Source: Gemmatimonadales bacterium (GTDB lineage: Bacteria > Gemmatimonadota > Gemmatimonadetes > Gemmatimonadales > GWC2-71-9). Taken from it: a stretch of DNA of 64,000 nt. The notes beneath the pieces were generated by a model that searched no databases, was not told the DNA's origin, and saw only the letters and a list, made by a program, of their open reading frames with translations. The stretch spans positions 2,336,001 through 2,400,000 of the forward strand of contig OZ252244.1 in assembly GCA_965249575.1 (NCBI GenBank). The letters are read 5' to 3'. Of this stretch, positions 1 through 8,905 are shown piece after piece. Position 1 is the first letter of the stretch. Every line of letters begins with the position of its first letter. The position numbers and the translations under genes were made by a program.

Positions 1-146
1 CCGGCGTCGAAATCCGCCGGCGAGGGTTTCGTCAAGCGAAGGGAATCCTGTGGGTATCGTGTCCGGAGCGACTTCTCCTGCCGGTTGTGTGTCGACCTGG
101 CGAATGAGATTCGTCAACGAGTGGCGCTCTAATCGTCGCTGGGTCG

Positions 147-542
147 TCAAGCCGATCGCTCTTTCTGCGCTGCTTCCCGCGCCTTGCGTGCCGCGGCGGC
201 GACGGCCGCCCCCGCCTCTCCACTCACGGTTTCTTTTGCGGGCGCGACGAGTCGCTGGAGTGCGAGCGCGGCGCCGCGGGCCGAGGTATCGCCCAACTCG
301 CGCAATCCGCTGGCCAGCGCCCTCTTCAAGGGAGGCGGGAGCATCAGGCTGGACAACCTGCGCTCGAGTCCCTGTAGGCGCCGCCGATTCGTGCGCTCCC
401 GCAGGCGGTCGGGCGGTAGGAGTCCGTCGCATGCTCGGACGAAGAGCCAGATTGCGAACGCGCCGTTTCGCTTCGGTCCCCGCGCGGTCTCTGCCAGAAC
501 GCCTATCAAGCGATTCTCCGGCGCGGACAACCCGTCGTTCAC
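147..542 (-). CDS. hypothetical protein (131 aa, helical)
   Basis: Its GTG start overlaps the GT9 stop (GTGA); protein-like composition; no recognised motif. Confidence 0.65.
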   Translation of the reverse strand: MNDGLSAPENRLIGVLAETARGPKRNGAFAIWLFVRACDGLLPPDRLRERTNRRRLQGLERRLSSLMLPPPLKRALASGLRELGDTSARGAALALQRLVAPAKETVSGEAGAAVAAAARKAREAAQKERSA

Positions 543-1507
543 GCGACGTCTCCCACAGCCGCGGCGACCTCCTCAGGACGAATTTCCGTCATGCATTGGT
601 GATGGCCGAGCGGGCAGCGGCTGGAGCCGTGCAGTGAACACGGCCGACACGACATTGCTCGCTGGAGCACGGTCGATGATCGGCTGTGGGGAAAAAACCC
701 GAACGCCTCCGCCGTCGGACCAAACAGGGCGACAACCCGAGTTCCAGTAGCAGTTGCCATGTGCATGAGTCCCGAGTCGTTGCATACGGCCACGCGTGCT
801 CGCCTCAGGACGGCCGCGGCCACCCCGAGCGGCTCTTCGTAAACTTCGATCAGCGACCCGCCTGTTAGCAAGCATCGCTCGGCCGCACCTCCCAGCGCCA
901 CGACCGGCACCCGCTTGGACAGCAATCCATCCGCGAGCCTTCGCCAGTGCTCGGGCGGCCACCGTTTCGTCGCGTGACCGGCCCCGGGTGCGAGGACTAC
1001 ACATCCCTCCGGGACGAGTTCCGCCGCGCGCGCCTCGTCCTCCGATGAGGGGAACAACTCCGGTGGTCCATTGTCTACGGTGACCTCCAGGGCGCGCGCG
1101 GCGCCGAAATAGCGCTGTGCCACTGGTAGTCCGCGCGACCCGCCTCCGTTGCCACGGAGCAGTCTCATGCGGCGGACCATGCGCCGCTTCCGGTAAGAAT
1201 GCCACCGCCCCCCGAGCAGCATGCGCAACCCGAACGAGCGGAGGCTCCCATGAAGGTCGATACGATAGTCCGGACGAGGAGCGCGAAGTCGCGATGCCAG
1301 ATGGCGGAGCGGCTCGTTGGGGGCGAGGGTGACTACTCGCTCGACATTGGGGTTGCCTGCGAGCAGCGGTGCGTACGCCGCCTTCGTGACGAACGTGATC
1401 TCAGCCCGGGGCTTTGCGCGCTTGATGGCGCGCAGGAGGGGCGTGGTTAGCACGACGTCTCCGATGGAGCCGAAGCGGACGACGAGAATGTGATAGCGCG
1501 TGGACAC
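539..1507 (-). CDS. glycosyltransferase family 9, ADP-heptose:LPS heptosyltransferase (WaaF/RfaQ-like)
   Basis: ILVVRFGSIGDVVL N-terminus, IDLHGSLRS, TKRWP, CNDSGLMHMA, ALFGPT, CRPC motifs. Confidence 0.92.
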   Translation of the reverse strand: MSTRYHILVVRFGSIGDVVLTTPLLRAIKRAKPRAEITFVTKAAYAPLLAGNPNVERVVTLAPNEPLRHLASRLRAPRPDYRIDLHGSLRSFGLRMLLGGRWHSYRKRRMVRRMRLLRGNGGGSRGLPVAQRYFGAARALEVTVDNGPPELFPSSEDEARAAELVPEGCVVLAPGAGHATKRWPPEHWRRLADGLLSKRVPVVALGGAAERCLLTGGSLIEVYEEPLGVAAAVLRRARVAVCNDSGLMHMATATGTRVVALFGPTAEAFGFFPHSRSSTVLQRAMSCRPCSLHGSSRCPLGHHQCMTEIRPEEVAAAVGDVA

Positions 1508-1603
1508 GGTATTGGAATGTACGGGCGCCGGAAAAGGGCAGCCAGCGACAGGAATCCGTCGCGCGTCCCTACCCGACGACGACGATCCGAGTACTATTCA
1601 CTC

Positions 1604-3172
1604 ATGACGCGTCCCAAGACCATCCTCTGGGTCGATGACGAGGTTGAATCGCTGTCTGCCCACTCGCTCTTTCTCGAGGAGCAAGGCTTCGTCGTCGAGC
1701 TGACGCCGCACGGCGACGACGCCATCGCGTTGCTGCGCAGGCAGCCGTACGGCGTCGTGTTGCTGGATGAGCAGCTTCCGGGCCGGCGGGGGCTGGAGCT
1801 GGTCGAGGAGATCCGTTCCATCGACCCGGCGGTCCCGGTGGTGATGATCACGAAAAGCGAAGAAGACGACACCATGCGTGATGCCATCGGCATCGAGCTG
1901 GAGGACTATCTGGTCAAGCCGGTCAACCCGCGCCAGGTGCTCACCGTGGTCACTCGTCTCTTGGAGGGATCGCGTATACGGGATCAGCGGCGCGCCAGAG
2001 ACTTCGTCGCGCGGTTCAGGGAATTGGAGGAGCGCCGCGGATCCCGACTCGGGTGGCGTGAATGGATCGAACTGATTTCAGAGCTGGCGCAGTGGGAAGT
2101 CCGGCTCTCGGAGGGGGACCAACAGGGTCTCAGGGAGGCACTTGGCACGCTGTCGGCGGGACTGCGCGACGACTTTGCGGATTACCTGCTGGCGAGCTAT
2201 CCGCGGTGGTTGGCGTCTGGCGAGGGGGACCGGCCACCGCTGTCGGTGGACGTAGGTGACGAATTCCTGGCTCCGCTCCTCAAGACGCATGGCAAGGTCC
2301 TGTTCGTAGTGGTCGACTGTCTGCGGCTCGACCAGTGGGAGATCTTGAAGCCGGCGATCACTGAGATGTTCGACGTCGAGGTGTCGCATTACTTCAGCAT
2401 CGTCCCCACCGCGACGCCATTTTCGAGAAACGCGATCTTCGCCGGCCTCTTTCCCCTGGAGATCGCCTCCCGCTATCCCCAGTGGTGGGGCGAGCGCGAT
2501 GACGAAAGTCTCAACGCACATGAGGCCGAGTTGCTGACTGAGCAGATGAGAGAGCTCACCGGGTCGGATGTTCCGGTCCGGTATGAGAAACTCTCGAGTG
2601 CGATCGAAGGTCAGGCGATGCTGAAGCGGCTCCCTGCGCACCTCGCGCAGCGGGGTGTGACCAGCCTCGTCTTCAACTTCATCGACCAGCTCACTCACGG
2701 AAGGGCGGAGCATGCGATCTTGTACGAGGTCGCTCGTGACGCTGCGGCTCTTCGCGGCCTCACGAGAACGTGGTATCAGGATTCCGCTCTGATGCGAGCC
2801 CTCAGAGAAGCGGAGCGGCGCGGTGTGCCGGTTCTGCTGACCACCGATCACGGATCGATTCACTGCAATACACCAGCGACGGTGTTCGCGAAGCGTGACG
2901 CAACCTCGAACCTCCGCTACAAGTTCGGAGAGGACTTGCGGGCGGAGCGACCCGAAACGTCGATCCTCGTCGAGGATCTCGAGGCGTGGGGACTGCCGCC
3001 GAGGCGTTTGGGGGTGCGGATGCTGCTTGCCAGGCGCGACTATTTCTTCGTCTACCCGACCAAGCTCCGCGAGTATCAAGCCCGGTACCGGGGGTCGTTC
3101 CTGCACGGAGGGGTGACTCCGGAGGAGGTCATTGCGCCGATCGCGCTATTGACGCCGCGCGGGGGCGGTTAG
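1604..3172 (+). CDS. PorX-like response regulator: REC domain + PglZ alkaline-phosphatase-fold domain
   Basis: REC: ILWVDDE, LLDEQ (Asp acceptor), ITKSEE, LVKP. PglZ: VVDCLRLDQW, PTATPFSRNA, TTDHG, HGG. ATG at 1604. Confidence 0.9.
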   Translation: MTRPKTILWVDDEVESLSAHSLFLEEQGFVVELTPHGDDAIALLRRQPYGVVLLDEQLPGRRGLELVEEIRSIDPAVPVVMITKSEEDDTMRDAIGIELEDYLVKPVNPRQVLTVVTRLLEGSRIRDQRRARDFVARFRELEERRGSRLGWREWIELISELAQWEVRLSEGDQQGLREALGTLSAGLRDDFADYLLASYPRWLASGEGDRPPLSVDVGDEFLAPLLKTHGKVLFVVVDCLRLDQWEILKPAITEMFDVEVSHYFSIVPTATPFSRNAIFAGLFPLEIASRYPQWWGERDDESLNAHEAELLTEQMRELTGSDVPVRYEKLSSAIEGQAMLKRLPAHLAQRGVTSLVFNFIDQLTHGRAEHAILYEVARDAAALRGLTRTWYQDSALMRALREAERRGVPVLLTTDHGSIHCNTPATVFAKRDATSNLRYKFGEDLRAERPETSILVEDLEAWGLPPRRLGVRMLLARRDYFFVYPTKLREYQARYRGSFLHGGVTPEEVIAPIALLTPRGGG

Positions 3173-3173
3173 C

Positions 3174-4988
3174 GTGCACCAGTTTTCGCGGCTCCTCGGA
3201 TATGTTCGTCCGTACTGGGCCGCGTTTCTCATCAGTTTCATGGCGGCGGTCCTCGCCTCGAGCCTCGACGGTCTCACTTTTGCGCTCCTAATCCCCTTCT
3301 TGCGGACTCTCTTCGGCGCGGGAGCGCCCACACCGGAAGTCGCGACGGGCGTGGAGCGTCTGCTCGCTACCCTGGTGGGGGGGTGGGTCGATCCGGCCGG
3401 CGGCGGCTCCGCGCTGCAGGCCATCGTGCTGCTGATCCTGATCACGGTCGTCGTCAAGAACGTCGCGGGATATACGTCGGCGTACCTCGGCGCCTTCATT
3501 CAGGAAAGGGTGGCGGCGGATCTTCGGGTGGCGGCGTACGCCCACGTGCAAAAACTCGGGCTCGGGTTCTATCAACGCACGAAGGCCGGGCAGCTCGTCA
3601 CGCGGGTCGTCGTCGACGCTGATCAAGCGAAGAGCGTCGTCAGCGGGGCGCTCACCTCGGCATTCCAGCACGCGGTACTCGTCGCGGTGTACGTCGCAAT
3701 CCTGTTCACGCTGTCGTGGCGGCTCACCCTCGTCGCCCTGGTGCTTGCACCGGCACTCGCCCTGGTCCTCCGGCCGGTACTGGCGCAAGTACGGTCGCGA
3801 TTCCAGGCCGTGCTGCACGAGCGCGGCGAGTTGACGGCGATCATGACGGAGACCATTGACGGGGTCCGCCTGGTGAAGGCGCATGGGGCGGAGGTGTACG
3901 AGCGTCGCCGTTTCTCCAGGGTCCTCCAGCGGTACGTGCGAGGACTGCTCGCTACACAGCGCTTCGCGATCCTCGCGAGCCCTCTGAGCGAGACGTTGGG
4001 TGCGGGGGTCATCGTGCTGGTGCTGATGCTGGGTGTCGGGGGCTTGACCGGTGGACCGGCTCTTCGACCCGAGATCTTCGTCGCGTTCCTGGCGGTTACC
4101 CTGCGACTCATGCCGCCGGTGAAATCCCTCTCGCAGTTCCCGACCGTAGCCCAGCAGGCGCTCGCCGCCGCGCGGCGGGTGTTCGAGTTGCTGGACACGG
4201 CGACGGACGACCTCGACTCCCCCGCTGCCCGGCCATTTCCCGGGCTCGCTCGGGAGATCCGCTTCGACGACGTGTGGTTCGCGTACGAGCCCGAAGGATG
4301 GGTGTTGAAGGGCGTGAACCTGGCGGTGTACAAGGGCGACGTGATCGCCATCGTTGGACTCTCGGGGGCCGGCAAGTCCACCCTGGTGGACCTGCTGCCT
4401 CGATTCATCGTCCCCGCGCGCGGCGCGGTTCTGGTAGACGACGTGTCCATTTCGAGCTACAGCCGCCGGTCGCTTCGCAATACGCTCGGTATCGTGAGCC
4501 AACATACCGTCATCTTCAACGACTCCGTTCGTGCCAACATCGCCTACGGGGACGAGGCGGATGCCAGCATGGAAGCGGTCACCGCTGCGGCTCGGGCGGC
4601 GAACGCGCACGGGTTCGTCGAGCGCTTGCCCAACGGATACGAGACACTCCTGGGAGAGCGTGGCACCCGCTTATCGGGCGGGGAGCGACAGCGGATCGCA
4701 ATCGCCCGAGCCCTACTCCGCGACCCCCCAATTCTGATCCTCGACGAGGCCACGTCGGCACTCGATTCGGAATCTGAGCGCCTCGTGCAGCAGGCCATCC
4801 AGCGGCTCCTCGAGAATCGGACCGTTCTGGTCATCGCCCATCGCCTGTCGACGGTGTCCCGCGCGGATCGCATCGTTGTGTTGGACCGGGGGCGCATCGT
4901 GGAGCAGGGGAGGCACGCCGATCTCATCCAGGCCGGGGGGCTCTACCAGCGCCTGCACACGCTCGAGCTCACCGCTTCCGATTCCTGA
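3174..4988 (+). CDS. msbA: lipid A export ABC transporter, permease + ATPase (MsbA-like)
   Basis: N-terminal TM domain; Walker A GLSGAGKST, LSGGERQR signature, ILILDEATSALD, IAHRLST. Confidence 0.85.
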   Translation: MHQFSRLLGYVRPYWAAFLISFMAAVLASSLDGLTFALLIPFLRTLFGAGAPTPEVATGVERLLATLVGGWVDPAGGGSALQAIVLLILITVVVKNVAGYTSAYLGAFIQERVAADLRVAAYAHVQKLGLGFYQRTKAGQLVTRVVVDADQAKSVVSGALTSAFQHAVLVAVYVAILFTLSWRLTLVALVLAPALALVLRPVLAQVRSRFQAVLHERGELTAIMTETIDGVRLVKAHGAEVYERRRFSRVLQRYVRGLLATQRFAILASPLSETLGAGVIVLVLMLGVGGLTGGPALRPEIFVAFLAVTLRLMPPVKSLSQFPTVAQQALAAARRVFELLDTATDDLDSPAARPFPGLAREIRFDDVWFAYEPEGWVLKGVNLAVYKGDVIAIVGLSGAGKSTLVDLLPRFIVPARGAVLVDDVSISSYSRRSLRNTLGIVSQHTVIFNDSVRANIAYGDEADASMEAVTAAARAANAHGFVERLPNGYETLLGERGTRLSGGERQRIAIARALLRDPPILILDEATSALDSESERLVQQAIQRLLENRTVLVIAHRLSTVSRADRIVVLDRGRIVEQGRHADLIQAGGLYQRLHTLELTASDS

Positions 4989-5830
4989 TGCGGGTCGTGG
5001 GTTTCACCATCGTGTCCGGAGCCGAGCGGCTCGAGTTTCCGATCGTCGAGGCGATCCGCTCCGTGCTGCCCCTGACCGACGAGTTCATCGTCAACGTCGA
5101 CTCGGGTGCAGATCGCACCGCGTCGCGCATCGCCGAAATCCACGACGCCCGCGTTCGGCTGGTCGAGCGCAGCTGGGAGTTTGCCTTGGGCGGTGCGGTG
5201 TTGGCTCGCGAAACGCAGGCGGCGCTCGATTTGGCGGACGGCGATTGGGCGGTATACGTCCAGGCGGACGAGGTGTTGCACGAATCGGGTGTTGCGCCGC
5301 TGCGCAAGGCCATCCGGGACGCGCAAGACGATCCGCGAGTGGAGGGATTGCTTGTTCGGTTCGTGCATCACTACGGGGGCCCCGGTAGCATAGCGACTGG
5401 GCGGCATTGGTACCGGCGTGAGGTTCGTGCCGTCCGCTTGGGGTGCGGGATTACGAGCCACCACGAGGCACAGGGGTTTCGTGTTTGCCGCCGGCGCATT
5501 CGTGCGCGGGAGACCCCCGCCGTCTACCACCATTATGGCTGGTCCAGGCCGGCGGCAGCGCTTGCCGAAAAAGGACTGGTGGATCACCGGATCTATGGTC
5601 GAAGCGTCCCGGCCAGTCCCACCACGTTACCGTGGGAATTCGGTCTGCGACCCCTGGCCGGACACCATCCCGCCGTCATGCGAGACTGGATCGCGGCCCG
5701 CGGTGGGACGTTCGCCCCGATCCGCGCCCGGCGCTGGACCGGCAAGCAGCTCCGGAACGCCGCGTCGGCGGTGGTGGAGCGGTGGACCGGCGTTCGTGTG
5801 TGGGAGTACCGGAACTACGTGCTGGTCTGA
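4988..5830 (+). CDS. glycosyltransferase family 2-like protein
   Basis: GT-A features: FPIVEAIRSVLP, YVQADEVLHE (DxD-like), YHHYGW; coupled to msbA (TGATG). Confidence 0.75.
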   Translation: MRVVGFTIVSGAERLEFPIVEAIRSVLPLTDEFIVNVDSGADRTASRIAEIHDARVRLVERSWEFALGGAVLARETQAALDLADGDWAVYVQADEVLHESGVAPLRKAIRDAQDDPRVEGLLVRFVHHYGGPGSIATGRHWYRREVRAVRLGCGITSHHEAQGFRVCRRRIRARETPAVYHHYGWSRPAAALAEKGLVDHRIYGRSVPASPTTLPWEFGLRPLAGHHPAVMRDWIAARGGTFAPIRARRWTGKQLRNAASAVVERWTGVRVWEYRNYVLV

Positions 5831-6921
5831 CGGTCGAAGTTCCCCTCTCCATCCCTCGGTCCCTGGTCCCACGCGTCGGCTCGAGCCACGATGGCATAGG
5901 TGGGGCAATGGCGGACCATCCCGCCATCCGCTGGCGACCAGATCTGCTCAGGCTCTGTTACGACCGCCTTGCCCTCGTCATCGAGGGTGAACAATCCGCG
6001 AGGACCCCATGCGAGACACGCCCCGCAGCCGATGCACCGTTCCCGAACGACGCTCAGGGTGACTCGGCGCCGGGGGTAAACGCCGATCGCATCCGGCACT
6101 GGAATGCCTCCTGGCCGGCGGAGCAACTCGTCGGTTACTCGGTACCCCTCGTCGATGAGCCACCGATTTTGCTCAAACGTGAACATCGACAGGTGTTCCA
6201 CGCGGGGTTGAAGGAGCACCAGCGGCGGGCTCGACCACCGCTCCAAGGCGGCATCGCGCATTTTGTCGATCCCGATCTCGATGGCGCGGGCATACACCGC
6301 AGCGAAGCCGGAATCCTGGACCTCGGCTCGAAGCGCGCCGCTAGAGCCGACGTCGACCGCGATTACCAGGTCACGGTGATAGGACCGGGCGATCCCGACC
6401 GGGAGGTTGGCCACGGAGGCGCCATCGGCGAAGAAGCGCCCCCGAATCTCCCTGGGCGGGAGAAACCCAGGCAGTGCCAGGGACGCATACACCGCGTCGG
6501 CAACCCGCACATCCGTAAGCCCCGGCGTGCCCCAGAAAACCTGCATACCCGAGTTGATATCGACCGTGTTGACGATCAACCGCCGCTCGAGGTTGTCGAA
6601 CGTCAGGTCGCCGAGGAGCCCGTCGATGAGATGCTCGAGTGGCTCACGGCGATAAATGGCCGGCGACCGCATGCGTTTGAGCGCCATGTCCCGATGCGCG
6701 ATGCGGAACAGATCCGGCCGCTTCAACTCGAGCGCCATGCTCTTGACCTCGTCTAGCGGCATTCCGGCGCACCACACTGCCGCGATGAGCGAACCGACGC
6801 TCGAGCCCACGACTTCCCGTGGAAGGAAGCCGTGCTCTTCAAGCGCCAAGAGCACCCCCAGGTGGGCGAGTCCCTTCATGCCGCCGCCCCCGAACACGAG
6901 CGTGTACTTCCGGTCGGTCAG
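5815..6921 (-). CDS. patatin-like phospholipase fused to a C-terminal ferredoxin-like domain
   Basis: GGGGMKG, GSSVG (catalytic Ser), ADGA; C-terminal CIGCGAC...CP. The start is probably CTG at 6921 after GGAGG (ORF track starts at 6897). Confidence 0.85.
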   Translation of the reverse strand: MTDRKYTLVFGGGGMKGLAHLGVLLALEEHGFLPREVVGSSVGSLIAAVWCAGMPLDEVKSMALELKRPDLFRIAHRDMALKRMRSPAIYRREPLEHLIDGLLGDLTFDNLERRLIVNTVDINSGMQVFWGTPGLTDVRVADAVYASLALPGFLPPREIRGRFFADGASVANLPVGIARSYHRDLVIAVDVGSSGALRAEVQDSGFAAVYARAIEIGIDKMRDAALERWSSPPLVLLQPRVEHLSMFTFEQNRWLIDEGYRVTDELLRRPGGIPVPDAIGVYPRRRVTLSVVRERCIGCGACLAWGPRGLFTLDDEGKAVVTEPEQIWSPADGGMVRHCPTYAIVARADAWDQGPRDGEGNFDRQTST

Positions 6922-7026
6922 GACGCCTCCAGGTTGAGCACGACACCCAATATAGCCGCAAGCTTGCTACCTTTATGATCCACACGACGGCCGGCCGAGC
7001 CTCCGCGATTGCGAGGCGGTCCGTAG

Positions 7027-7623
7027 CCGGACGAAGATCAACTGGTTGAACGCCTCGAGGATCCCCGGGTTCGCGCCCTCGCCATCTCGTTCGTGCAGTT
7101 TTCGAGTGGGTTCCGCTCCGACCTCGACCGGCTGGGTACTGCGTGTCGAGAGTCAGGCTCGTTTCTCGTCGTGGACGCCATCCAGGGCGTCGGTCACGTT
7201 CCTCTCGACGTCCGGCGCACGCCGATCGACATTCTAGCGTGTGGCGGGCAGAAGTGGCTGCTGTCCCCATGGGGCTCGGGGTTCGTCTACGTGAGGCGGG
7301 AGTTGCTCCCAAACCTCGAACCAGTCCTCGCGGGATGGATGGCGTTCGAGGGCAACGACGATTTCTCGCGCCTGACGGACTACGATGCGGAATTCCGGCC
7401 GGACGCGCGGCGGTACGAACTCGGTACGCTGCCGTTTCAGGATTTCGTAGGAATGGCCGAAAGCGTCCGCATGCTGCTCGACCTACAAGTCGAGCGGATC
7501 TCGGCTTACACCCGCCTCGTTCGTGAGCCGGTGTTCAAGGCGGCGCTCGACGGCCAGATCCGCGTCGTGTCCCCCACTGACCGGCGCCCGCTTCAAACGA
7601 ACTCGACGCTCAACACCTTGTAG
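7027..7623 (+). pseudogene. aminotransferase class V (cysteine desulfurase/kynureninase-like) internal fragment
   Basis: AISFVQFSSG, VVDAIQGVG, GGQKWLLSPWG (PLP Lys). Preceded by in-frame TAG; N-terminal and C-terminal parts are missing. Confidence 0.75.
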
Positions 7624-8837
7624 GTTTTCTTCCCGCGACGTAACAACACATACTGGCCCGCCGCGCCACCCACCAGGCACGCGTCCTCGGCTTGCGCTCC
7701 GAATCTCGGTACGAATTCGGCATCGTCGGTGATCACGTAGAGACCACCGCCGGCCAACAATCGACGCACGTCCCCCCTCGAGCTAGCGAGGCCCGCTGCG
7801 AGAAAGAGGTCCTCGTATTTGGGGGGCGCCGTCTGGGACCATTGATACTCCACTCGCGGCACGGTTTCCAGAACGTGCTCTACCGTATCCTTTGGTCCCA
7901 CGCCCTGTACGTGCGCCGATCCGTGGACCCGTTCAGTGACGTCCGACGCGAGGGCGTGATGAGGGATCCGGGCGGCGGGCTCGGCACGATGGCGGTCCAG
8001 CAGTGCGTTGATCTCGTCCCGCGTCTTGAAGGTGAACATCTTCAGGAAGCGCTCGACGTCGCGGTCGTCCGTGCTGACCCAGAAGTTGTAGAACGCGTGT
8101 GGCGGAGTCATGTCCTTGTCGAGCCACACGGCGCCTCCCTCGCTCTTGCCGAACTTCTGCCCCCGCGAGGTCGTCAAGAGTGGCGCGCTCAGCGCGTGCG
8201 CTTCCGCGCCCTCCGTCCTCCGAATCAGCTCCACTCCCGCGGTGATATTCCCCCATTGGTCGCTCCCCCCCATCTGGAGCTCGCAACGTTCGGTGCGGAA
8301 GAGCTGTAGGAAATCGTAGGCCTGGAGCAGCATGTAGCTGAATTCGGTGAACGAGATGCCCTCTTCGAGCCGGTTCTTGACCGACTCCTTCTGTAGCATG
8401 AGCGAGAGGGTGAAATGCTTCCCAACGTCGCGCAGGAACTCAACCAGGGTGACGGGCTTGAGCCACGTGGCGTTATTGAGCATTCTCGCGCCGGTGGCTG
8501 TCTGGTCGAAATCGAAGAAGCGCTCGAACTGGCCGCGCTGGCGAGCCACGTGCTCCTCGACCTGGCGATCCGCGAGCAGCGGCCGCTCGCTTCGCTTGCC
8601 GCTAGGGTCACCGATCAGCCCGGTCCCGCCGCCGAGCAGGACGATCGGCGCTCCACCCGCCCGTTGCAGATGGGCCAGCAGCATCACGGGGACGAGATTC
8701 CCCACCTGCAGGCTCGCGGACGTCGGGTCGAATCCCACATACGCGGTGATCGGCCCCTTGGACAGCCGGTCAGCCAGACCGGGTGTCGCGTCATTCAGCA
8801 AGCCGCGCCAGTCGAGTTCGTCCAGGAAGTCCTTCAT
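7593..8837 (-). CDS. tyrS: tyrosine--tRNA ligase
   Basis: YVGFDPT...LQVGN (HIGH-like), QMGGSDQWGNI, KFGKS (KMSKS-like), C-terminal S4-like LRRGKK. Confidence 0.97.
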   Translation of the reverse strand: MKDFLDELDWRGLLNDATPGLADRLSKGPITAYVGFDPTSASLQVGNLVPVMLLAHLQRAGGAPIVLLGGGTGLIGDPSGKRSERPLLADRQVEEHVARQRGQFERFFDFDQTATGARMLNNATWLKPVTLVEFLRDVGKHFTLSLMLQKESVKNRLEEGISFTEFSYMLLQAYDFLQLFRTERCELQMGGSDQWGNITAGVELIRRTEGAEAHALSAPLLTTSRGQKFGKSEGGAVWLDKDMTPPHAFYNFWVSTDDRDVERFLKMFTFKTRDEINALLDRHRAEPAARIPHHALASDVTERVHGSAHVQGVGPKDTVEHVLETVPRVEYQWSQTAPPKYEDLFLAAGLASSRGDVRRLLAGGGLYVITDDAEFVPRFGAQAEDACLVGGAAGQYVLLRRGKKTYKVLSVEFV

Positions 8838-8905
8838 CGGCGCGAAGGTTATTCCGGGCGGTGACCGCTGGCAAGCGGGTCCCGCCGGGACTACGTTTCA
8901 GGCTT

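Noticed and set aside
1604..3172. BREX defence system because of the PglZ domain
   Set aside because: It is a REC-PglZ (PorX) architecture and no brx or pglX genes are present.
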